DNA of 64,000 nucleotides from assembly GCA_965644315.1 (NCBI GenBank), contig CBFFRQ010000067.1:124001-188000 (forward strand). Direction: 5' to 3'. A program made the position numbers and the translations under genes. The notes below the pieces were generated by a model, which saw nothing but the letters and a program-made list of their open reading frames with translations, was not told the origin of the DNA and ran no database searches. This stretch comes from Caecitellus pseudoparvulus (taxonomy: Eukaryota > Protista > Bigyra: Bicosoecida). Each line of letters begins with the position of its first letter. Position 1 is the stretch's first letter. Shown here piece by piece: positions 28,508-38,581 of the stretch.

Positions 28508-29832
28508 TCACTGCGATTTGCTGTCGCGTGCTTTGCGCTTGGCTGCTTTGGCATCCTGCGCTGCGCGGAAACGGGCGTCGTCCACGTGGCCGTATTTCGC
28601 GACGTGGGCCAGGTATGCCTGGTCTGTGCCGCACAGCGCATCCCAGAAGATGAAGAAGGAGCCGAAACAGCCCTTGTTGTGGCTGTGGTGGTAGTCGTGG
28701 TGCCCGGCAGACCCCGAGAAGGGCAGGATGCGGTAGGGAGACCAAGGCAGGTCGTAGCCGCAGTGGGCATCCAGGGTCTCCCCGATGCGCCACAGGGTCC
28801 ACACCTGCCAGGACACGGCGTGGCCGCCGCACAGCAGCAGGCCGGTGGTGAAGGGCACCAGGTTTGCGACGAAGAACTCGAACGGGTGGGCGAACTCAGA
28901 GGAAAGGGAGATGGTGCAGTCCTGGAACATGTGGTGCTGCTTGTGCACGTACTTGTAGATGGAGGGGTGGTGCAGCGTGCGGTGGCCCCAGTAGAATAGC
29001 GTGTCCTCCACCAGCAGGGCGATGCCCACCTGCAGCAGGATGGTGGGCAGGGTGGGAAAGGCGTCGCCGCCAGCGAACGAGAAGCCCAGTGCCCGTGCAA
29101 AGTCGCCCATGAAGTACGCCGTGGGCAGGGCGATGAGGACTTGATTTACAAACAGCTGTGCCAGGGTCTTGAGCAGCAACAGGTACCACTCGGCTTGACG
29201 CTGCGCAGGGCGTGGTGCGGAAGTGAGCGGAAATTGAAAGGCAGCGACTCACGTCACAACCACGTTGCCAACGCTGGGGCGAGGCGGAGGCGGGGCGGGA
29301 ACGTGCGGCGTACCTTTGCTGAACCCTTCCACGGCCAGGAGTCAGACACGCGGTACGGCTCCATGAAGGCCGGCTCATACTTGTACACGAGGTACATGAC
29401 ACCATTGCCGATCCAAAACACAGCCAGCGACCACACTGCCGCGTTGATGGCTGCGCAGGCAGGGGTGTAGTTGGAGGGGCGTGATTCATCATGCAAGAAA
29501 TACATGTTTTACGACTTTCCATGCGCGCACAGTCCGTTCGAGCGGCGCAGGAGCGGGCTGAGTGCGTGCGGCGTGTGGTGAAGTGCAGCTCACGCACCAA
29601 ACGCAAAGTTGGAGTCAGGGTGCTCGTCGGCGCCGATCAGCGCCAGGTACTGCGGCCAGACCTCCTTCATGGCCATGGGAAAGCCCACCAGCATCAGGCC
29701 CGCCAGAGCGGCAGACACCAGGGTGTACCCGCCTCTCCACCCGTAGTGGTCTAGCTGGCCTGCGAGGCTGAGGCCGCTTGGTGCCGCGGCGCTCTCGCCG
29801 CCTTTGGGCGAGCTGGAGGCGCCCTTGGCCAT
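28508..29832 (-). CDS. Sterol C4-methyl oxidase / fatty acid hydroxylase family (ERG25/MSMO1-like), 2 introns
   Basis: His boxes YWGHRTLHH, VHKQHH, HPFE, DAHCGYDLPW, HHDYHH. GT-AG introns at ~29460-29597 and ~29202-29313. Confidence 0.85.
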
Positions 29833-30092
29833 GGCAGAAGGAAATGGGACGAGAATCGGCACACAGCAGCGCCCCTGGGCACATGCGCGGCTAATTCACG
29901 ACTGTGTGGTGATCTTGTTCAGGGTGATTTGGCTGGAATCGAGCTCTTTTACCCGCCCACCAGCACACCTCTCACATAGTCCACGCCACACACCTCCCCG
30001 GGGCGTAAACCGCCACCCAGCGCCCCATATACTCACAGCGCAGGCCAGTACGCTGCACTCGTACACAGTCTCATGCATTGCAGTCGTTTCCG

Positions 30093-32044
30093 TCAGTTGG
30101 ACCACCAGTACCCTTGCGACAAGCCCAGGCTGTACCAGAACTTGCACACGTCTGCCTTGAAGTCCTGCATGGACGTGGCATTGTGTTGGCCAATGATGCC
30201 TGTGACGAAGCCTCGGGGGGGCTCAAACGCGCCGCCTGAGGCTGTCCGTGGTACACGTGCCCACCCCCCTGCAGAGCTGCCATTCAGAGCGCCGGCGTGC
30301 ATGAGCTGTGTCCAGCCCTGCCGAATGGTGTGCCCAAGAGCCAGGTCGTCTGCCGTGGGCTTGTACAGGGGCAGGTGCAGTGCCGCTGAGAAAATGCCGT
30401 AGTTGTCAAATGCGCTGAGGATGTCGAAGGAGTGAAACGCATACCTGTTCGGGGCGCGCGTGTCAAAGTTCCACACCGGCGCGCTGGGCCAGGCAGAAAT
30501 GACGTAGTGGTACACTGGGGAGGCGAATCCACGCGCAGCAGCTGCGGCAGCGGCGGCATTTGCGCAGAACGCGCCGTAGTCAGCGACGATGCTCGTGTAC
30601 GCGAGGGCTGGAGAAACGGCCGCCTGAGGCGCGTACATGCCCAGTACATCCTCAGCGGCGTGCGCTCCGAAAGGCTGGAAGGCCGTTTTGACCATGTTAT
30701 CCCACTGTGCTGCAGTGAGGTTGCCGACCAAGTCATCAGGCTGTGCGTCGGGCTCCTGCTCCAAACTGCCCAGCACGAACGGCACGTCGATGATGGGCTC
30801 TGCCACCGCCTCCAGGAACGGCTTCGTCACAATGCAGCCATCCACAATGGCAATTCCATCCAGGCCCAGCACGTGGGATCCAGTGGGCGGCGGCGGCAGT
30901 CCCCAAATCAGCTTCAAACTGTCCCAGGTCGGCGGCACGAGCCCTTGCACCGCCCGCGTGCTTTGATTCCGCATGCAAGCCACAGTGCCTGCAGCGGAGG
31001 ACATCCCGGCACACCCCAGCTCCTGCACGATGTGTGCGTTTTGGGCCTCTGCTGTGGGGCGGTCCATGGTCAGGTTCACGCTGCCTGACAGCGACAGCGC
31101 GCGTGAGAACAGGCCCTTGCTGGCTGGCGACGACAGCAGCGCGAAGACACTCGTCCCGCCACTGCTCTGCCCCGACACAGTCACTCGGGCGGCATCCAGC
31201 CCCAGCCCTCCTGCGTTTCGCTGCAGCCAGCGCAGCGCGGACTGCTGGTCTGCGAAGCCAAAGTTGCCGCTGCATCCCGAGCCTGACGTAGTCGACAGCT
31301 CTCGCGTGGCCAGGAACCCGAACAGATTCACACGGTAGTTCACAGAAAGGTACGCAGCGCCAGTCTTGGCGGCAAGGGTGCCCCCTGGGTAGTTGTCCGT
31401 GTACCCGTCCGTTAAGTCGCCGCCGTACAGGTACACCAGCGTGGGCAGCTGGGCTGTGGCTGGGTCGTGGCTAGACCAGTTTGGGATCCACAGATTCAGG
31501 TACAGGCAGTCCTCAGATCCTGTCAGGGGAAGGAGCGGGCCATGCGTGGGTGGGCAAGCGCTGCGGCGGGGTAGTTCGACTGCCCTGGGTTTGGTCTGCC
31601 TTTGCACGCACCAGCATTGCCGATGAACTGGCCCGACTGCACGCAAAATGGCGCAAACGCAGTGCCATCCAGGACACCTTCCCAGCAACCAGTTGTACTG
31701 TCAATGTCCACGGGGTAAGCCCACCGCCTGTCCCCTACCGGCGGCACTGCGCGGGGGAGGTGAGTGCGGAAATTGCTTCGACCAAGTGCAGTGCACCTGT
31801 ACTGAGGCCGCTGTACAGCGCCGCGCATGCACGCACACGCGTAAGGAATGCCCTTGAAGGATGCCACATCTAATTCAGCATCGTAGCTTCCCTTAACTGG
31901 CCCGCAGGAGGTGTGGATCACAGGCGGCGAGGCCGCTTGCACTGGCGCAGCTGCCACCAGCGCGAGCGCCAGCCCTGCAAGCACTCGCTGCAGGCAGAAA
32001 GCCATCTCAAGAGCGGTGCCGAGGCTGGCCAAGCGAGAAGGCAT
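30093..32044 (-). CDS. Secreted type-B carboxylesterase, about 2 introns
   Basis: Signal peptide, FKGIPYA, SEDCLYLNLW, YGG, NYRVNLFGFL, GNFGFADQ, nucleophile motif GQSSGG. Confidence 0.9.
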
Positions 32045-32319
32045 AGGTGGGCTGTGAGGTAAGCCTGGGCAAAGCGCAATATCTGCTCTGCAGTGGGGCG
32101 AAATCTGAAGTATAGTATGGATTGAGAAGACAGTAATCAAGAAGTGCGCACTCTCCGCACCGACTACGCCCGCAAAGCAGCTTGCTCTACAGAGCAGGAG
32201 ACATCCGCGTTGCTCCCGGTCACCACTCTGGAACGCTGAAGGCCCAAGATAACTACTACATTGTCAGAGACTCACTTGTATAACATTGTGACCTTGGTTA
32301 GATTTGCAGGACTTTACCG

Positions 32320-34119
32320 TTAGTATCTGATTTTCCAGTTGGCGTCGGTGTGGGTGAGCCAGTGACCGCTCTTGGGCCCTCCTTTCGGCGGCCTGTGCGT
32401 GACCTGGAAGGCACCGCGGCGTTCGAGGTCCGTGGGGTGGCTGGCGTCGTACGAGCCAGGCCCCAGGCCAGCCTGGTCTGCGGTGGAGGGCGCTCGCCAG
32501 GCGCCCCGCTTGTGGCGGGCCAGTCGCCCCGCCTTGTACGTGTCACCCCTTGCCGAGACTGCCTGCACCATGCCGGGCTTGGAGGGCAGGTCGGCAGTGT
32601 ACTCCCACACGTCTGTGCCGCGGAAGGCGCGGCTGTTGGCGTATGCTGGTCGGCGGGCGCCGCCCGAGGAGCCAGGGGTGATGCGTGGCGGCGTGAAGAC
32701 AGGGTTGCGGGTGTCGAGCTCTGAGGTTGAGAAGGGGCGGTGGCCTTTCTTGAGCCAGGACGAGTCGGGGCGGCGTGACGGGTCTGGCATGTGCGCGACG
32801 AGCTTGTACCGGTTGTGCTTGTCGATGTGCCCAAGGCTGCCTCGTCCGAAGCGATCGTCGGAGCTCCAGGCGGGGGTGGACGTGCTGGGCCGCAAGGGCG
32901 GCAGGGTGTACGTACCGATGCCCGGCGCGGGGGAGAGGAAGGCAACAGAGCCAGGTCCGTGGTACTGCTTGGGCGGCCCGGCGACAGCTTGCCGCTGCTG
33001 CTCCACTTCAGCCCGCCGTGCTGCCTGAGCCCGCCACGACTGCAGCTTGGACTGGATGCTGTTGTAGTCGGCTTGCGAGTACGTGCCGGGCCCGAGGTGT
33101 GTCCGGGATGCCGCGTCTGCCATGGGGCCCAGCAACGTGCTTGTGTCCCGCCGCCCGCTGACGCCAAAGGCCGTGCCCGCCTGCGCCGCTTCCAGGCGCT
33201 TCAGGCGGCGCACCATGTACTTGGGCAGGCTGTCGTAGGCGGACGTGTCCTTGGTGGCGTGAGAGTGCATGGACGTGCGGGTGCGTTTGAGGGACTGCTG
33301 GGCCCTGGCAGCTGCCGCGACGCGCGTCGCCTTCTCCATGCGCTGCGACAGCTGCGCAAGCGTGGCGGTGGAGCGTTGCAGGGACGCCATGCTGTCCGAC
33401 CGCGTGCTGGACAGGTGGGTGACTGAGAGGGGCGCAGTGTGACACCGTCGCGCTGTGCGCGCTGGGGAGGCGCACCGGCTGCCAGCTGCGCTCAGCCCAG
33501 CGCCAGCTTCTGCGTGTGCGCCAGCGGGCGTTGCGGCGAGGAGGAAGCCCATGTCTTCGTACGTCTCATCACGGCCAAAGTACGGCTTCGAATCCGCAGT
33601 GTAGTAGCGCGTGGTGCCACCCCGTCGCTCTCCAAAGCGCGCACTGGAGGTGCCGAAGGGCGACTCTGGGCGGGATTTGGGCCGGGCCAGCACCATGCTC
33701 GCCATGTCCGCGTTTGGGCCAGTGGTCATGTCGTAGGAGAGCCCCGTCAAGCAGGTGGCAGGGGCTGAGCGCTCCACGACGACGGGAGAAAAGACGCCCC
33801 CTGTCAGCCTGCTGGAGACGCTGTCGTTGGGCACAAAGTCCACCTCTGCCGTGCTGGAGCTTGCACCCCTTCGCGCATCAACCTTGTGACTCCGCGTGCT
33901 CTGGCTGCAGTGCGCCGGCTGCTCGTCTTCTAGGCTTCGCACATTCAGAGCCTGGGCTCCATGACGTTGAATGATGCCTTTGCGGGAGAAGGGGCGTCGG
34001 GGAACGCTCCTTCCCCCCTTCAAACGGACCATGTCCGGCGAAGTCGGTGCAGTGGCCGATTTCCGCACCTCCGAGGACCAGGCGTTCCTGAAGGTGCCTG
34101 CGAGGGAGGACAGCAGCAT
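32320..34119 (-). CDS. SHIPPO/ODF3-like PG-rich-repeat ciliary protein (true start may be Met at 34032)
   Basis: Repeated motifs LGPGTY, APGIGTY and LGPGSY with F-G/S-x-x-x-R-F elements in a basic, low-complexity protein. Confidence 0.55.
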   Translation of the reverse strand: MLLSSLAGTFRNAWSSEVRKSATAPTSPDMVRLKGGRSVPRRPFSRKGIIQRHGAQALNVRSLEDEQPAHCSQSTRSHKVDARRGASSSTAEVDFVPNDSVSSRLTGGVFSPVVVERSAPATCLTGLSYDMTTGPNADMASMVLARPKSRPESPFGTSSARFGERRGGTTRYYTADSKPYFGRDETYEDMGFLLAATPAGAHAEAGAGLSAAGSRCASPARTARRCHTAPLSVTHLSSTRSDSMASLQRSTATLAQLSQRMEKATRVAAAARAQQSLKRTRTSMHSHATKDTSAYDSLPKYMVRRLKRLEAAQAGTAFGVSGRRDTSTLLGPMADAASRTHLGPGTYSQADYNSIQSKLQSWRAQAARRAEVEQQRQAVAGPPKQYHGPGSVAFLSPAPGIGTYTLPPLRPSTSTPAWSSDDRFGRGSLGHIDKHNRYKLVAHMPDPSRRPDSSWLKKGHRPFSTSELDTRNPVFTPPRITPGSSGGARRPAYANSRAFRGTDVWEYTADLPSKPGMVQAVSARGDTYKAGRLARHKRGAWRAPSTADQAGLGPGSYDASHPTDLERRGAFQVTHRPPKGGPKSGHWLTHTDANWKIRY

Positions 34120-34175
34120 TGATGCAGCAGTACTGTTCGAGCTAGAATACGTTCAATGCATGCAGCTTTGAATTG

Positions 34176-35853
34176 TTATGCCAGCGCGTCTGCGTGGCAC
34201 ACCTCCTCCCACGTGCCATGTGGGCCCAGCAAGCTGTCAACGTGCTGCTGGAAGGTGGACAGCGGGCACGCCGGCATGCCTGTGCTGGCACACGCCTGAA
34301 TGCGGTGTGTCACGTCCTTGCCCTGGTACAGCACCCGGATGAAGCGCTGGGAAGGCAGGTTGGCGTAGCGCACCAGCTCCAGCAGCAAGCGGGAGGCATA
34401 GCCTGGCCAGCGCAAGTCGTGGCCTTGCTGGGGATGCTCCACCACGCCCAATGCAGCAGCGAGGGGGTATACGACGACGTCGTGTGCGAAGCGCAGGGCA
34501 ACCTTGGCACCGCTCCACCCACCACCTTGCATGTCCAGGAGCGTCGTGAGCAGGTGCTGCGCCAGGGGCCACATGAGCACCTCGTTGGTGCGCCCACTGT
34601 ACCACCGCACATAGTCAGCATCGGCCTGGTGCACGAGCTTCAACACGACGTCGTCGGACATGCAGGCTCCGCCCTCACCTGCCGTGCACGGAGCAGGCTG
34701 CTCGTGACACAGGCGTGTCAACGCCACATCGGCCAGGCCAGTGGCGTCATGCTGCAGCAGAGGGCAGTCGGCGCGAGTCACCGGTTCCGCTGTGTCAGTG
34801 GACCAGTGCGTTGGCGGGTCCGTCCGAAACGTTTCGCCGGCCCACGGCTCGTTGCACCCCGCCACCTGCCACAGGTCGCCGGTGAGGTGGGCCTGGTAGT
34901 TTTCAAACGCACGAAGGTGGGCACGGTTAGCAGCATGCCAGGCGTGCACGGCAGGGCACATGCTGGGCCGCTTGGCCAGCAGCGTGATGTCGGTCGCCTT
35001 GTGCGACGTGCCGACGCTGCGTTGCCCCTGCGCAGGGCCACTGAAGCCGTGCCAGAAGGCGATGCCAGAGAGGGCAGTGCGGGAGAAGTTTGTCGATGTC
35101 ACGGTGATGCCGCCCCGGTCCAGGGCCAGTGCGGCGGTGTGTGCCTGGTACTTGCGCCCGAGACTGCGCCCTAAATCCGCAAGCATCAGGGCTCCCTTCC
35201 GCGTCAGAGTGCCCAGTCCACAGGCTAGGCTGGCATTCACCCTGCCTGCCACAAGGGCATGGGCCGCCCCACGCGTTGACTGGCCCACACGCCCTGTCTG
35301 TGCGCTGTCGGTCGTGTTGGGCTTGGCGGCTTGCATGTTCACGAACGGACGCAGAGTGGGCGTTTCTGTGACGCTGTACCGTGAGATGTTGGGCAGGCGA
35401 GGCGCATGCTCCGCCCCCCCCCCTTCCTCTGCCGCCTGCACGTCTTCCACCTGCCAGGCGCAGTCCCAGTGCATGTCGTCCACCTTCAACGCAGCAGCCG
35501 GGACCAGCGCGGTGCGGTCACCGTGACGGATGATGCCAGTGACTCCCAACACGCTCGCCTCACCCCAGGCGTCACCAGCATGCTGCCCGCAGTCGGCGAC
35601 ACACCCCTCTGCTCCATGCAGCGGTGGCGTGCAGTAGTCCGCCAGACGGGCCTCCAAACTGGGCGCGTGGCTCATGCGCTGCACCAGATCTCCTCGGCAG
35701 GCACTTCCCCCGATCACTGTGACGGGTGCACGCGGAGCAGGCAGAGGTCTCTGGAAGGAAACGATATGTATGAAAGTGTGCAAGATGCTACGCACGTGCT
35801 AGCAGCGTGAGGGCTGCCACATGGGGCCTGGCCCTCGCTCGTAGACCTGCCAT
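34176..35853 (-). CDS. Histidine acid phosphatase (branch 2) with N-terminal signal/anchor; one intron at ~35717-35795
   Basis: IIRHGDR, LTRKG, RTALS, FAHD, RLLLEL, FIRVLYQG, CPLSTF. Confidence 0.85.
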
Positions 35854-35858
35854 GTGAC

Positions 35859-35868
35859 GCGGAAATTG
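35859..35868. promoter_or_regulatory. GCGGAAATTG motif in the divergent phosphatase/NAA30 promoter
   Basis: One of 7 exact copies seen in the window; 5 nt from the phosphatase ATG. Confidence 0.5.
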
Positions 35869-36174
35869 CAGCACAGACAGGCCCTTCGTAGCGTTGCTGC
35901 TCAAGCACAGGGCAGTAAAGGGCCATATGATGGGGTGAATTTGAGCCACCACAACGAATTGCCTAGCTGGCGCTGAATATTTTGCCGCTCGTGCACGAAT
36001 GACACTGCCTGGACACGATTCGAAGAATTGGTCCTCGCAATGCGCCGCAGAATCTGGACCGGAGCACAATCCGACACCCAGCAGCCTGGAGCCTCAGCCG
36101 CGACGCGTTTACGTCAGCCCAGCTGTTTCCCGTGCGTTCACCAGCCCCCCCTGCTCCCCTGTGCCACTCGCGCC

Positions 36175-36915
36175 ATGGCGGCTGTGGCGGCTGGCGAGAC
36201 GCCAGCACCAGCAGCTGCGTCTGACGCTGCAGCAGCAGTGGACGTGCAGTACGAGCAGTACAAGGACGAGTCACAGCTGGAGGAAATCGTGGAGCTGGTC
36301 AGCAAGGACCTCTCTGAGCCATACAGTATCTTCACATACCGCTACTTCATCAACAACTGGCCACAGCTGTGTCTGCGGGTGGGTTGCCTGCGGAAATTGA
36401 GCCTCCACGCAATTCGCACTGCACGTGCTCGACGCTGCCCTCCGCCATGCAGGCCACCGTGGACGACAAGCTTGTGGGCGTCATTGTCTGCCGCATGGAG
36501 GAGCACCGTGGCTACATGCGTGGGTACATCGCTATGGTGGCGGTGGACAAGGCATTCCGCAAGCAGGGCATCGGTGAGCTGCTTCGTCAGTGCGTGGGTG
36601 CGGACGCCACCCCCGGGCACGCCCTGCTCCCCGCCCCACAGGCTCTGAGCTGGCGCAGCGAGTCATCAAGCACATGCAGACCTGCTGCGACGAGGTGCGT
36701 TGCATTGGGCGCGCGGAGCCAGCAGGCGTACGCAGTCAAGCTCATCCCGAGCACTCGGACCCCCACTGTCCCCCACACAGGTGGTTCTAGAGGCTGAGAC
36801 GACCAATGCCTCCGCCTTGCGCATGTACCAGCGTCTGGGCTTCCTGCGCACGAAGCGCCTGCCCAAGTACTACATGTCAGGGTCTGATGCGTTTCGTCTG
36901 AAGCTGACGTTTTAG
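36175..36915 (+). CDS. NAA30: N-alpha-acetyltransferase 30 (NatC catalytic subunit), 3 introns
   Basis: [66 protein letters not shown]. Confidence 0.93.
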
Positions 36916-36986
36916 GCGCCCAACAGATGCACCACCCGTCACAACTGCGCCTGGCCGCTAGGCGCGAACGAAGACCCCTCACCGCC

Positions 36987-38198
36987 CTAGTCAATGACGA
37001 TGACTTCCCCCCTGTCCTTGGCTTTGAGCTGTGCTGCCACGGCTGCAGCGTGAAACGGGTTGGCCGCTTTGAATGCACGTCGGAACTTGGCAGGTGCAGG
37101 AGCCCGAGTCACAGCGTTCTTGCTGCGGCAAGCTGAGCACACCCCCCCGTCCACTGCAGGGCGGCGCCTGACGCCACCACACTTCTTGCATGACGCCGTG
37201 CTTGCCCGTTTGCTGGGGTGGCGAGCCTGCTTTGCTCGGCGGTTGCAACTTTCGCGTTCCGCGTTTGTGTGCCGTGGTGCCAGCGGTCGCTTGGCGCCAC
37301 CTACCGTGGCAGGGACAGTCTGAGCGGTGTCAGGGGCACCCCCATGCAGCACCTTCTCACGTCGGCGCATCTGTTGCCTGTGTCGGCTGCGCACAACACG
37401 CCTGCGCAGGGATGCCAGCTCCTCCGGCCCCAGCCATCCTTCGGCGCCCTGCAGCAGTGCAGCGGCCGCCCGCCAGTCACCCAGACTCAGCAGGAGGTGC
37501 AGCGTCTTCCGAGTCTGGTCGTGTTCCGCGGCTTCCGCACTGGCACGTGCCCGTGCGACTTGTTCCCGGTACTCAGCGCCCACCTCACCCGGCTGTGATA
37601 CGCGCACCGTTGTCAGCGTGTCGGGCGCCGGCGCAGCACTGGACGCGAACACAGACGCCACAGTGGCGACGTCATCCGCCTGCACTGGATAGTGCAGGTC
37701 TGGCAGGCAGGGAAGGCAGGCGCTTCCTACGTTGGGCGGGCCTGTCCCGGCGTCTGCCGTTGACGCCAGGCCAGCAGCTTGCTGCACGCTCGCCAACTCA
37801 GCGGCCACCTGGTCAGGCGACCAGCCTTTGCACGCCTGCACGGCAGCAGGACACTGTAGCAAGATGTTCACCCACAGGGGCACGTTCAGCCGGCTGCGCA
37901 GGCCGCCCTTCAAGCCTGGGTGGAGGGAGAAGGGCGCGGGGGTGGGTGCGGAATTTGAAAGCCTCTCCTGGCCCAACGCCAACTCACGCCGGGGCAGGCG
38001 CTGGTGGCAGAACACGCAGCTGCACCCATACGTATCGAACCACTTCTGCATGCAGCCTTCACAGACGCGGCAGCCATCTGCTACAAATCGACACTGAGTC
38101 GTGGTGCCGCAGGGGCAGTCCCACAGCAGCGGCCAGATGCTCACATCGGCACAGACCGGGCACGTCGCACAGTCAGGCAGGGGCTGCTGGGAGGACAT
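36987..38198 (-). CDS. RING-finger protein, RNF168-like N-terminal module
   Basis: CPVC...C..C...CVFC RING, then NVPLWVNILLQCP and SQPGEVGAEYREQV...EHDQTRKTLHLLL. Basic C-terminus with a CxxC...CxxC motif. Confidence 0.55.
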   Translation of the reverse strand: MSSQQPLPDCATCPVCADVSIWPLLWDCPCGTTTQCRFVADGCRVCEGCMQKWFDTYGCSCVFCHQRLPRRELALGQERLSNSAPTPAPFSLHPGLKGGLRSRLNVPLWVNILLQCPAAVQACKGWSPDQVAAELASVQQAAGLASTADAGTGPPNVGSACLPCLPDLHYPVQADDVATVASVFASSAAPAPDTLTTVRVSQPGEVGAEYREQVARARASAEAAEHDQTRKTLHLLLSLGDWRAAAALLQGAEGWLGPEELASLRRRVVRSRHRQQMRRREKVLHGGAPDTAQTVPATVGGAKRPLAPRHTNAERESCNRRAKQARHPSKRASTASCKKCGGVRRRPAVDGGVCSACRSKNAVTRAPAPAKFRRAFKAANPFHAAAVAAQLKAKDRGEVIVID

Positions 38199-38581
38199 GG
38201 CAGCGTTAAGGAGGGTGGAAAGCCCACGCTGAGGATCTTCACGGTGTCATGCAGTGTTGCGTCTGCGTGGCAATGTGGACCAGGGTTCAGCACGCTTCCT
38301 TGGGCACGAAACGCTCTCGCTCCACTCACCGTCTCGCGGCCAGCAAAACGTCTCGCACTGCAAAGCCCTGATGACACCAAGCTGCCCGCGCGCACATCAC
38401 GCTGCATTAAACCCCCTTCACGGGGCTGACGTGCGCCAAGCGGCCCAGGGTGGAGGCACGCCTCTTCGCAGTGTGACGAGGCACCCAACGAGCCCTGCGC
38501 AAGGCTCCTTCGCTCCGCTGTGGAGCGCGCGGCGACGCACGCACAGCGCACACACCTGCACCACGACAGCATTCCTTGCCC

